Source: Lepidodermella squamata
Taxonomy: Eukaryota > Animalia > Gastrotricha
NCBI GenBank assembly: GCA_047495785.1
Contig: JBLDXI010000025.1
Span: 2,046,001 to 2,110,000, forward strand
Reading direction: 5' to 3'
DNA length: 64,000 nucleotides
Translations under genes and position numbers: made by a program
The notes under the pieces: model-generated
Seen by the model: the letters and a program-made list of their open reading frames with translations, nothing else
Told to the model about the DNA's origin: nothing
Databases searched by the model: none
Shown: positions 1 to 11,309 of the stretch, one piece after another
Position numbering within the stretch: the stretch's first letter is position 1
How the letters are laid out: each line of letters starts with the position of its first letter

Positions 1-843
1 GGCGGTTGGGGCACATCTTCGGGTCCTCATCAGCATTATCAGCCGGGCAGTCGATCTGGCCATCGCACAGGGCATAGTAAGAAACGCACTTCTTATCAGC
101 CTTGCAGTGCCACAGGTAGTTATCACTGCATTGCTGTTCACTGCAGTTCTTCTCATCAGAGCCGTTGGCGCAATCGGCGTTTCCGTCGCACCTTTGCCAA
201 TCATAAGCGCACTTTCCATCGCCGCAGTTGAACTGACCCTCGGGGCATTTGCGAGTGGCACAGCCCTTCTCGTCGCAACCAGTGCTGCAGTCCTTGACGC
301 CGTCGCAACGCTGCTCAGGCATCAAGCAGATCTTATCGGCCTTGCAGAGGAAGTTTGCCAGGCTATCGGCGCAGGTAGTGCAGTTCTTCTCATCGGATCC
401 GTCCTTGCAGAACGCGTAACCATCGCAGCGAACTTGCTTAGGAACACACTGGCCGCTGGCGCATTGCCATTGGTCTTGGCTGCAAACGCAGTTCTTCTCG
501 TCTTCACCATCAACGCAGTCAGCATTGCCGTCGCAACGCTTTTCATCTCCGATGCATTTGCGAGACTTCTTGCAGTGGAAGCACGGACGGCGCAGGTTGG
601 GGCTGCAAGTGCAGGAATCGCAGTTGTCTTCGTCGGTGACTTTATTGACGGTGTAGTTGAAGCAATCAATTACACCGTTGCACTTCAACGAATCGGAGTA
701 GGTTTTCTTGTTGTCGGCGCAGTACCAATCAGCAACAACCACTCCGACTAGGAAAAAATATTTCTGATATCAAATAAGATGAAAGATGACCCGGAAATCT
801 TACCGACAGCAACAAGGAACACGATAACAGCAGGGCTCTGCAT
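1..843 (-). CDS. Secreted LDL-receptor class A repeat protein (continues beyond the left edge)
   Basis: ATG at 843. The signal peptide MQSPAVIVFLVAV|VGVVVA is split by a GT-AG intron (~803-749). About 7 LDLa repeats follow, e.g. CPEGQFNCGDGKCAYDWQRCDGNADCANGSDEKNC. The + strand ORF 107-751 is its antisense shadow. Confidence 0.9.
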
Positions 844-1328
844 TTCGTTAGTTTAGGAGAGTTAAGCAACAACTGAAAATTCGCAGTGAATCTCAGTCGA
901 CTTGTAGCTGTCATTTATACTTAAACATCGTGTCATCTGTTCAAACAAGTTCCTAAGAAAGTGCGACACATAGCCCAAGAAAAATCATCCCTCCGCAGTT
1001 TTTCAGCTGAGGGTGGTCGCGAAATTATACTGGATGTGATCGTTCTGAAAGCAATGGCAGGTGAAAAAACATTGCTGGGCGGGTGTGATGAATTTCATAG
1101 GATAAGAGCTATTAAAATTATGAGTAATCTTTCATGGCGTGGCAATGTGTCACATCAGTGCACTGATAGGCAAACATTTGCTGCTAGTAAGAAATGCCTC
1201 GACGGTAGATCTGGCTGGCAAATATTTTTAAATACAGTTTTAACTTGTTTCAGCTCGTTTATTCTCAAGTCATTAAACAGAACAATCACAATGTGAACCG
1301 GCAAAAATTAACTTCATAAGGCATGAGA

Positions 1329-2893
1329 CTACATTGCATCATCGCCGTAGTACGATTTCGAGTAATTCAGAGGCGCAGATGGCAATGGCGGTGGTGATTG
1401 CTGAACCTTTATCACAAAAGCCGCAATCGGATACAGAATCGCTAGCAGCATGCTGGCGACAAAGCCGACAAAATTCAAGATGACAACAGCGATAACCGTC
1501 TTTGATAGTGGTGGCATTTCGTCTGGCTCGTCCTTTGCTTCGACTTTCTCGCCCAGGGTAAGCTCCGATTGCGTTGGGGATTTCGGTGGTACAACAGCAA
1601 CAGGCGTCAATCTGTTCCTCTTCGCCCGATATTTCTTCAAAAAATGCCATCTGTTGTAGTAGGAAATGATGGAATTTGAGTAAATGTCATGCTTCGAACG
1701 AACCTTAGCCTAATTATACCCCACCATTCCAAACCCTCATCGGGATCGAAAGCTTGCAGCGTGACTACGAACACAAAAATTGTTGCAACTGAACCTCCGA
1801 TAAGAATGTTCAAATATGTTAGAATTAGCGACTGCTGTGAAGACTTGGGTAATTGATCGACAATATAGCCTGCAAAATAGAACGTAGTTAGACCATTTCA
1901 TCAGTTTACTGGTGTTTTACTTTCGACGAATAGATTCGTGAGGAGGATGAAGATTTCCAGCGACGTTCTTTCGACTTGTTTTATTGGAATCAGGTAAACG
2001 ATAGCCTGAACGATCGTCAGTAACGCAATTGGTATCAAAAATGCTTGCTGGTAGAAGGTTGGATTTCTTTTGATGGCGATCCAGAAGTGAATCCGGCTAA
2101 AATATGTGTTGGTCGAAGCTCGGTACAAAGTTGGATAGGCTGTGCTATCTAAAGTTGGATTAGGAATTTATAGGATAATCTGATATCGTATATCTCACTT
2201 ATCAGCTTCCACATCTCATTTTCAGCGAAAATTGACAGCGAAACAGGGTCAGGCTTGTCAGGTCTCAATTTGAGCTTCAGCTCTACAGTTGTGTAAATGA
2301 CCGATTCGATGATAAAGGCGCATCGCCTAAAAATTGACTTCGAAATGACTTAATTGAATAATTTAGATTTCTCACTGATAGTCGAATGGGTAGTAAGTCA
2401 AATCGATTGCGCAACGAGTTTGAACTTTCCCAGTTGGGTGCCACCAAACCTGTCCGTCGTTAGTAAGACGATAGCCGAAGCTATCGCCAGCGAAAATTGT
2501 GTACATATCATCGATACTGTTCACTAGCTGCAAGTCTGGCTTCCAGAGTGTACCGCCAGGAAGTGTCAGCGATTTCACCCCTCCAAAGTCAGCCGAGTCC
2601 CAACTAACAGACGGGTCGACCCACCCCAGTTGTACTCGAACAGTTGACACCAATGTCTCAGCATTTTCGACAACCTCTTGAATTCGGATTAGGAAAAGAC
2701 GGCATACAACTGTAAAAGGGCAAGTTGTGTCGCTTGGATCAGAGCAGCCTGTAGACTCTGGTATTATTGTTTTGTCATAACTTCCAGTCAGATTTTTTGC
2801 TAGGAGTAACGCTGTTTCATACTGCGGGGATAAAGCCAATGATTGGACGAATAAATGTGCACAAACATGAAGAAATATGACTTTTTGTAACAT
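1329..2893 (-). CDS. Cys-loop ligand-gated ion channel subunit, divergent nAChR-like non-alpha, multi-exon
   Basis: Signal peptide, WKPDLQLVNS, Cys-loop CAIDLTYYPFDYQ|RC across an intron, TM1 after RNPTFY, M2 VERTSLEIFILL, M4 in ORF 1329-1640. No vicinal Cys pair in loop C. Confidence 0.9.
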
Positions 2894-3584
2894 GATTTTG
2901 TTCACTTAAACTAGTCAGTAGTCAGGTCATTAGGGCCTCAGGTGATCGAGCAAAGCTGATTTAGCATTAGAGTGCCTTAGCAACGCCATCCATCGCAAAC
3001 TGTTCGGTTCATAAAATATGCAGAACTCTTGCAAAGAAACAATGAAGCATAACGACCGAGTGTTGATTTATTGGAGTAGGGCCATTACTCATTGGATTGA
3101 ATATTATAAATAGAATGTGCCCAAAGCAGGCAGTTTCTTTCCTTCATCGATTGGACTTCAAAAATAATGGCAAAGCAATCTCACAACTGCATATTTTTTT
3201 ATTACAATTTGGGTTTAACGCTTCTTTAATTTGAGGATTTTCAAATCGTAGTGGGAGGAACATGCATATAAGAACAGGACGGGAAACTCTGCAAACTCCT
3301 AGAACGAATTTTGTGAGGTATTAAGCGATCAGCCGAAGAAGTACTGCCTAGGCGCAGTACTCCGTATCGGAAAATAAACAAATCGCAATCGAATTTGGTA
3401 TATTTTGTATTTTTTCCTCAATCGCAAATGAGTTTGCGCGCAAATCTTCCAGCTGTTGTTGATTGGTATGAAACACAACCGGCAACTAGGTCTGCAACAA
3501 AATGAGTATCAAAAGGCATAACAGTAGTGAGAGTACTAGCGGGGTTATCAATTGGAAAAACTCCTTATTTTTCTGAAAAATAAT

Positions 3585-4829
3585 ATGCTCTGGATTGTTG
3601 TAGCACTTGTTGCTGGTTATCTTATAGCCGGGCTTTTCTACCATTTCTTCATCAACCGAAATCCAGAAGCATTCGGAGCTGCTAAAAAGCGTAGGAGCAA
3701 TGATAAAACCAGTCAAGTTATTGAGGATATTTCGTGAGTGTGAATTCAATCCTTCTTTACCCAGGAAGAAATTGTCAATATTTTTAGGTACGCCCATCCA
3801 TCTAAATCCTTTTTAATATGGCCGAATGGAATTATACCTTACTGGATTCACGAAGTTTCCTTCAACAACGCTGGTTCGCCTCACCTTATCGAGAACATTA
3901 AAGCCGCAATCGATGAGATGAACAACAAAACTGTGGTTCACTTCATCCCAGTCGATTCGAATAATGCCGGAAATTTCATTTGCTTCGAGTATCACGCCTC
4001 GAATAGCAACACATTCGTCGGTCGGGTGAAGCGAAGGAATCAGATCGTCAACGTTACGGACGATATGGGGGATGTTTCAATGATCCTCCATATGTTAATG
4101 CACGTGCTTGGATTCACTCATGACCTGCAACGTGGCGATCGGCGGTTGTACATCACATCTCGAAATCCAGGAACTGACGAGACAATTGTGGGAAAACTTG
4201 ACGAAGAAGGCTGGCATTACGTTACGTTGGGCAGATTGGACAATAGATCTGCTATGAATTACCACTGCAGCCGTTATGGAGACGACGATGATGAAACTGT
4301 TATGCAGCTCAGATATGAAGATTCGCATAACGAAAGTATGCAGACTTTTCTATCGAATTTGAGCGTGACAGATATTCGTGCGATCAGGTACTTGTACTCC
4401 ACTCCGACTTGCACTTTTGACGCTTTTGATGGAGAGAGATTCCCTCAAGCTATGAAGGAATGCATTACTTGCTGGGGTGAACGGGCGAATTTCGCCGTAT
4501 GTCTCTTCTGTGCTGAAATTCATCATAAAGACCACGATATGGTCTACTTGAGTCTGGAGCGAATGATGGCGGCAAGGTGTGAGAATGTCTGCGATTGCGG
4601 GCGTAGTCGGCATCGGCTTCAGTTATGCACCCGGGAAACAATCGGAGACCAATTAACAACCCAAGCTCGTTACAGCTGCAGTGAATGTAGCAAACTGGAT
4701 TTATGCTTGAGCTGCTTTCGGAGATGCCACCACGGTCATCGCGGGGCGAGTCGGAATTACATATCTAAAGATTTTGCCTGTGAGTGTGCTTATGGCTCTG
4801 AGACTCACCCCTGCCAAGCTCAACATTAA
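3585..4829 (+). CDS. Membrane-anchored astacin-like pseudoprotease with two UBR-box zinc fingers (2 exons)
   Basis: Exon 1 (3585-3733) encodes a TM segment; intron gtgag..ttag 3734-3787. Then WPNGIIPY, HMLMHVLGFTH (HExxHxxGxxH with E>M), Met-turn SAMNY, and two UBR-like C-T..Q..CxxC..CxxC..HxxH..CxC modules. Confidence 0.8.
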
Positions 4830-4864
4830 ATAATAAAATTTATTAATAATTTTTCTCAATTTTA

Positions 4865-5566
4865 TTAACATCTGTAGCTGCCTGGTCTTTGAGGTAAACG
4901 TTCAAGATCGAGAGTGCTGAAGTTTCGCTGATTCTCAGAGTACCGTTGGCCTAGTTCAGTATGTCTGAATCGTTTGAGACCTGGAGTTGAGGCGACGAGA
5001 TCGTCCTCCTTCGGCTTGCAGCAGACCTTTTTACAGTAGTTGATCAAAGCCCAGATGATGAGACACATAACAGAGGCTGTGATTGATCCTATTCCTATCC
5101 CCATAAGGACAGAGTACCTATTAAGGCGCCATAGCTCGCAGTTGTTGTGCATTACAGGCATTAATGCTTTTGCCTATAAAACATCATTAGAATATGAAAG
5201 GAAACTGAGAAAACGGGGTCGAAATACCAGATTTATATCCGTGGCTTGCTTCTGAGGGCAGCCATTTGGTGAGACATCCTGCCAGCATTTGACGACTTCT
5301 GAGATGTAGTCGCACATAGCATCGATTCGACGAATTTGCTCGATGACGTCACTGATATCAACAGACGATGAGGACGCGTTAACCATGCCAATGAGCGCCA
5401 TACTCCGACCACCCAGCGTCTGAAAATCTGGCCTAGCTTTCAAGTTGGAGGTAAGCCGTTCGCATTCTGCTAACAACGTCACATCGCAAATCGCCTCTAC
5501 TTCGGTAGAAATCACCTTAACAAGACAAGAGGAGATTGCGATGAAGAATAGAAATTTCTCGAGCAT
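4865..5566 (-). CDS. Uncharacterised single-pass membrane protein (2 exons)
   Basis: ORFs 5174-5566 and 4865-5161 join in frame through a 54-nt GTATTT..TATAG intron. Signal peptide, Cys-containing helical ectodomain, TM segment, then a Cys-rich juxtamembrane CKKVCCK. Confidence 0.75.
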
Positions 5567-6126
5567 ATTTATGAAAATGTTGTTTTCAGCCGGCTAAATT
5601 TTTGCGAGCGCGTGAAAGAGATGCGTGAAGTTTTGGCGCTTGTGAGGCCTCTTGTTTCTGGAACGTGAGGGTTCTATTCAGGTGTCAGTTTCAAGTGCGC
5701 GCTTTCAGCATTCAGCTGAGCGCCAAGAGGGGTGTTATCGTTGAGACCGTCGCATATTTTAATTCATCGTGAAGCCACTTTGTCCAATTTGTCTTAAAAA
5801 CTCCAAGTGCCGGGAGAATTTTGCGTGTACCAGTCCTGTGGCGCCAGAGTATTCTTGATCGAGCATGATGTTAGATTTTTTTGAATGCCTTCGAATTCAT
5901 AAATGATCAAAATAATAGTCAAAATATTCAAACATAGTGAAATTTTGGAGAATTATTACCTAAGATCGAAAATCGTTAGGTTTAGAGTTTAAAATTATAT
6001 AAATAAAATATGCGTGCCAAGAAAAAATGTATCCCACGCTCAGCCTACGCGAGATGTGTAACTTTCAGATATAAAACAAGCATCGTGTGCACAGCTTTTG
6101 ACAAGATAGAAAAAAAATCAACAGAA

Positions 6127-7567
6127 ATGTTACGCTACATCAAGCAGGTTTGAAAAGCAATTGCTTGCTCATGTTATTTCCTCAAATTGTGATTATTTCA
6201 GGGGCTTGCCAGTATTATTCTCGGCTTTGCATGGATTCAGCTATCACTATGCCAGTCATGTTGTAGCCTTCAGGGACAGGCATCTCCAACTATCAATCCG
6301 TCCAGTTTTCGCAGCCGGTCGACGGCTTTTCAGTTATTCTCAGATGTTAAAGTTACATGCAACGGCAGAGTTACTGGATGGAACTTCATCTCACGAGTTG
6401 CAACGGTAAATGGGCTCCATCTATCGATATGGCGTTTGGTCAATGGCGACAGCAAAACCTATCGCCTTGTCGGAGAAACGAAGATCGACAATTTCGCTGC
6501 TCAGCCGAATGCTTGGAATTCTTATTTAGTTGAAACGCCATTTTCTGTCCGGAGTGGAGATGTCCTCGGAGTTTATTACGATACCGCGACTGCCAGTGAT
6601 TCAAATGCCGCTTTCGTTAGTGCCTCCGAGACTACAATGTCTGCCGGTGAAAAGGACGGCCTTGTTTTCACTCGAACGTACATCTCAGTGGTTGGGGCCG
6701 ACAGAATCTTCGACTCGGGAAATGACAACCCAGTTTACTCGTTCAATAACGCTGGGGTCGATTTTAGAATACCGGGGGTTCAGGTTACCATTCAACAAGG
6801 CTCTGGTAGCGTGGTTAATGTGATTGATTCGCCTGATGGCGTGTGCAAGTCCCCAGCATATGATAGCGTTTCTGCCAGCCCATCGTTGTACCAGTCAAAA
6901 TCCACCCTTTTACAACTCCTCACAGGCTCATCCATTGGATGTAGCGGCTGGTTAGTAGCTTGGAACTACATCTCATCTACGACCACGGTTAATAACGTTT
7001 TACCTTATAAATTGAAGTTAGTCCTATTTATGTTTCGCAGATTAACGGATTATACCTTTCCATATGGCGAAAAGTCGCGATTACGGATGCTGTACGAGGG
7101 GATGACCCAAGTTATATCTTCAGGCTGATCGACAGCGTTCCGCTGAACAATGTTGGTGCATCGCGAAACCAATGGAATTCATACTCTCGATTCTCTCCTA
7201 TCGCAGTTCAACAAGGCGATGTGATAGGTAACAACTTATCTTGCGCTCCCATAACGAATTATAAATAAACTGCAGGAATTTTCTACGACGATTGGAAACG
7301 CAATGCTAACACTGCTGTCATTCCTCACGTAGAAGGGTCTCAAAGGGTTGATACTACGCCGACTTATGTTTCTCTAATTTCAGCTGATGATGTCTTCAAA
7401 AACAGTTGGTGAAGCTGTTTCCTTATCAAATTTCTGTTGTATTTTTTTTTCAAGGACTGGTGACATTCGCTAACTTGCCGACTGACTCGAGACAGCACGC
7501 GCTGCAAGCAGTAGTTTGGACAGGAAGTGACCCAAGTAGCGGCCGATGGAAAAGTACTGGATGTTGA
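6127..7567 (+). CDS. Secreted protein with two tandem copies of an unassigned beta-rich domain (multi-exon)
   Basis: MLRYIKQ|GLASIILGFAW signal. Repeat 1: CNGRVTGWNFIS..LHLSIWR..YRLVG..WNSY..FSVRSGDVLGVYYD. Repeat 2: CSGWLVAWNYIS..LYLSIWR..FRLID..WNSY..IAVQQGDVIGIFYD. Confidence 0.75.
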
Positions 7568-8159
7568 GAATGAAAATAATACTGAATTGTCATTAATTCT
7601 CAGTGACAAAATTCTATTCTAATAATTGAAGCTTTTTTGAAAGCTGTCTGAAATATTTCTATAAATGGGTCTGGTACAGGAAGTCGTACAATCGACTGTT
7701 TTTTAAATTTTCGGCCTCGAAAGCAATTGGGAACAGGTCACCGAGTTCTTAGGCATTTTGCAAACAAAAAGTTGGATGTTGGATGAATTATTCACAGTTT
7801 ACTTTCCTCAAACGGAGTTCATTGTAGCATTAATTCTCATTCGTATCCAAAAAGCAATGCTTCACTCGCCATTAGTTAATAATGAATGACGTTGCTATGG
7901 GAAACATCAATCAAAGCCTGACGTAGTCGCATTTCACACACACCTATTAATGGTCAGATTTTCTTCACAATGAAGGCCTATTCCCTTGAATACGCTGCTT
8001 CTACATGGATGTATTCTTGCCCCTCTGTTTTTTAATAGATCAAGCTGTGAATAGGGCTCAAATCTCGCGGGAGCACGAGAAAAAAGCAGCTTCTTTAGTA
8101 TTTTCACGAATCCTCACACCCGTCTGCTCTTGAAAGGGACCACTCGAAGTCGTCAAAAA

Positions 8160-10644
8160 ATGCTAGTTGCCCTCAGCAAAACGAACCGCCCGCAGACAGC
8201 TTCAGCTGACTCGATGATGAACGAGTTCGATGTAGCAGCGTATCAGCAGAAAATGGTCGAAGCTACCCAATCGATCTGCCGGTTGTCGTATCGCAACTAC
8301 AAAGGTGAATTATGCCGAGCGATGGGCTTCCTCCTCGCCATCAAATTACCCATCAAAGGCAACGTATTTGGCCTCATGACAAATGGAACTTTCCTGCCTC
8401 GTCACATCCTAGAATCGAGCCGATTCTTTTGCTTTGACATGGAATTCGATGAGTCACTGACAAATATGAAGCAGCATACGATCACTGTTGCTCTACATCG
8501 AGATATCGAAAGCTTTTACACATCGGATCTGAAGCATTTAGATGTAACTTTTGTAGAATTACGGCCTCAAGTTCAGCTGGCTTTCGCTGCGAACAACTGC
8601 GTGTTCCTTAAATCATCCGAGGAAGCTTTCCCTCCAACGGACCAAGACATTCTGATCGTCGATGAAACACTGAATTTGGCGAAATCGCGAATCTCGAGCA
8701 GTGGACGAATGCCGTCTGAACGACAGCTGACAAAGTTCGGTATGATCGGATCGCCGGTTTTGAACGACTTCTCTTTCAGTGTAATTGCTGTTGCGAAAAC
8801 GGGGGACAAGTTCTTCAAGAATGTGGCGACTGATCTTCGGTCAATTGTTCAGGATATTATTAAGGAGGGATTGAAGTTAGTCCCTCTGCCGCCCCCACCT
8901 CGGAAGTCTGTCATTGACAAAGAAATAACTACCATAGATGCGGTGAGTTCTATTCTAAATTCAGCTGTTCATCTTCTGATACTATTCTCTCGCAGACTAA
9001 AGGAAGATTGGCCCATATCAGGGACTCGGTTGTTATTCCTTTCGCGATGCGAGCATCCATTTGTGCTCGTTTGAGAAGTATGACAGAATTAAATTAATTT
9101 TAATGGTCGTGATAAAATTTGTTTCCAGATTTTCTAATACTCTCTGCTGATGATCTGCTTTCTTGCTCTGATGATCAAGTTAAGAGAGTCTTCCCGGAAG
9201 ATAGCCTTCAAAAGGCTGTCACTAAATGGCAAAAAGCCATAAACAGGAATCCGGTATGATTTTCCTATTATAATATATCGTAAATACAGCCGAATGGTTA
9301 CCTTTGAAATAGGATGAACAACTTAGAAAGGAAACAAAGCCACAGCGTAAAATATTGATCAATGGCTACGCTGCCAAACGAATCATTAATTGCTTCAGAA
9401 ATCCATTCAAGGTGAGAAATACACTTTGACTTGAATGATAACGTTACTTTTGGTCCCTCTTATAGCCTCGTTCTGGTGTTCGAACTTGCTTGAGCGATCC
9501 TCAATTTTTCTCGTCGCTAGGGAAATCGCCTAAAACGAAACTCTTCGAAGCTCCCTGCTACATCCGAGCGATACTTAACATCCCAGAGCAGCCGCCTCAA
9601 GACTCAAAAAGCAAACCGGGTACACCTGTCATCCTGATTCTTACCGCTGAAGGCCACGTGATCGCTCTAACAGCACTTGACTGGTCTTTCCGCTGGAAAA
9701 CTCGCATTTCCCTACCGGAGCGGGAAAAATTAGACGCGGAAGATCGAGAAGAAAAAGAAAAAGAAGCTCCTCAGCCTATCGATATAGTTTATGCTGTTTA
9801 CGACAACATCCTAGACAGCTTGTACATAACATGTGGCGACAGTAATATTTACCGGGTGAAGCTGGCTACCTTGAAAGAAGCAGCTAGATCGCACCATAAA
9901 TCAAAAGGCCAGAAGACGAGACCTATTGTTCCTTTGAAAACGCTTCTTGACTCAACAGCAACTGGTGGGAGGTGCTTCTGGGGACTTTCGATCGACGTTA
10001 GATCAAGACTTCTCTTCGCTTGTGACAATGGAGGGGCAGTCAATGACATTTCAGTCTGGAAGCTGCCTACCCCGGTTGAGACATCGCCGAAACGAGCAAG
10101 TTTAGTAACTCCGATGGAGCTTATCGCTTCGTTGAAGGCCGATTTCTACCCTGCATTCTGCTCGTTTTTCACCCCGACTCGAGAACAAGCTGAAGGCATC
10201 ATTGGAAAAGAGAATCTAGTAAATGCAACCAATTTTCTAGTTTTAGCAATTAGCGACTGGCGGATGAGTAGAATCGAGTTATTCGCCGGTCCCTTGATTG
10301 AAGATGAGGAAGATCTGGCCAACACTGAACTACGTCACATCAGCACTGTGGCTAAGAAAGACACGGCTAACCCAACGCGACCTGGTTACATCTCAAAACC
10401 CTGTGAAATTACGTTCGATGAAAATGGCAACTTGATAGCAGCTGATCAAATGAATAACCGAGTTTTAATCTTTGGACTCAGCAGTGATGGAGGTGACGGC
10501 AGGCCATTGAAATGTGTTTGGTCCTCGAAATCTATTAACTGCGTGGTCGAGAGATTTGCGTTGGCTGTTACGCCTAATACCGGTCGCCCGGCTCTTTTGA
10601 CCCATGCTGATTATAACACTCTAGTATCTTTCGAATCGTCGTAA
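8160..10644 (+). CDS. Trypsin-like pseudoprotease + SAM-like linker + NHL-like beta-propeller (multi-exon)
   Basis: N-terminal GFLL..LMTNGTFL..LDVTFVEL..GMIGSPVL (Trypsin_2-like). Short exons at 8996-9412. C-terminal KPCEITFDENGNLIAADQMNNRVLIF is NHL-like. Confidence 0.7.
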
Positions 10645-11309
10645 TAGAACTCAGAGCTTCCTTTAAATTGATTATCACATTGAGTAGTAAAATGATATAC
10701 GTTTCGCCATAATATCGGGAATGTTTTTGTTACCCCTGGTGCGCTAGAGAGTTAATGTTTACCTTTCAGAAGCGCCGTATCTTTTACGGGCAACTTGCAC
10801 GGAAAAATAACTCAACACCTATGCTCGATAAACGATAACATCACGAAGCCATGAGGCGAAGAAAGCCGATTACTTGGATAAAATGAAGCACCCTGTTATG
10901 AATTTCACATTAGTGAATCCTTTAGAATGCATCACTGGCTAATTTTACTGATACTTAACGGAAAATCAAGAATGCATGACGAGAAATCCGGCCTGATTGT
11001 TTGCATTCATCGTAGGTCTCTGAAGGCCTAAATAGCAACTTAGCGTTCACTCTACTTTTGATCGCTCTCACTCAGATTATCGAACGAAAACAATGAGTCC
11101 ATTGATTTTTCAAGATCGCTAACGGCCGCCTCGCATGCGTTGGTCCCAACGGAGCGCGCCTTAGAGATGACCTCCATTAATAATCGATTTAGGCCTCCTC
11201 AACAATGCGAATCTTAAATTACGCCATTCCTTGCCGTTTCTTGATTTCCCCTAAGTTGAATTTATTTTCATAATTTTTTCAGAGATTAATTCGCGTTAAT
11301 TCATCCATT

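Noticed and set aside
107-751. 214-aa hydrophobic + strand ORF
   Set aside because: Antisense shadow of the LDLa-repeat gene on the minus strand.
5162-5176. Apparent stop-codon readthrough between two in-frame ORFs
   Set aside because: The TAG is the acceptor of a 54-nt GT-AG intron.
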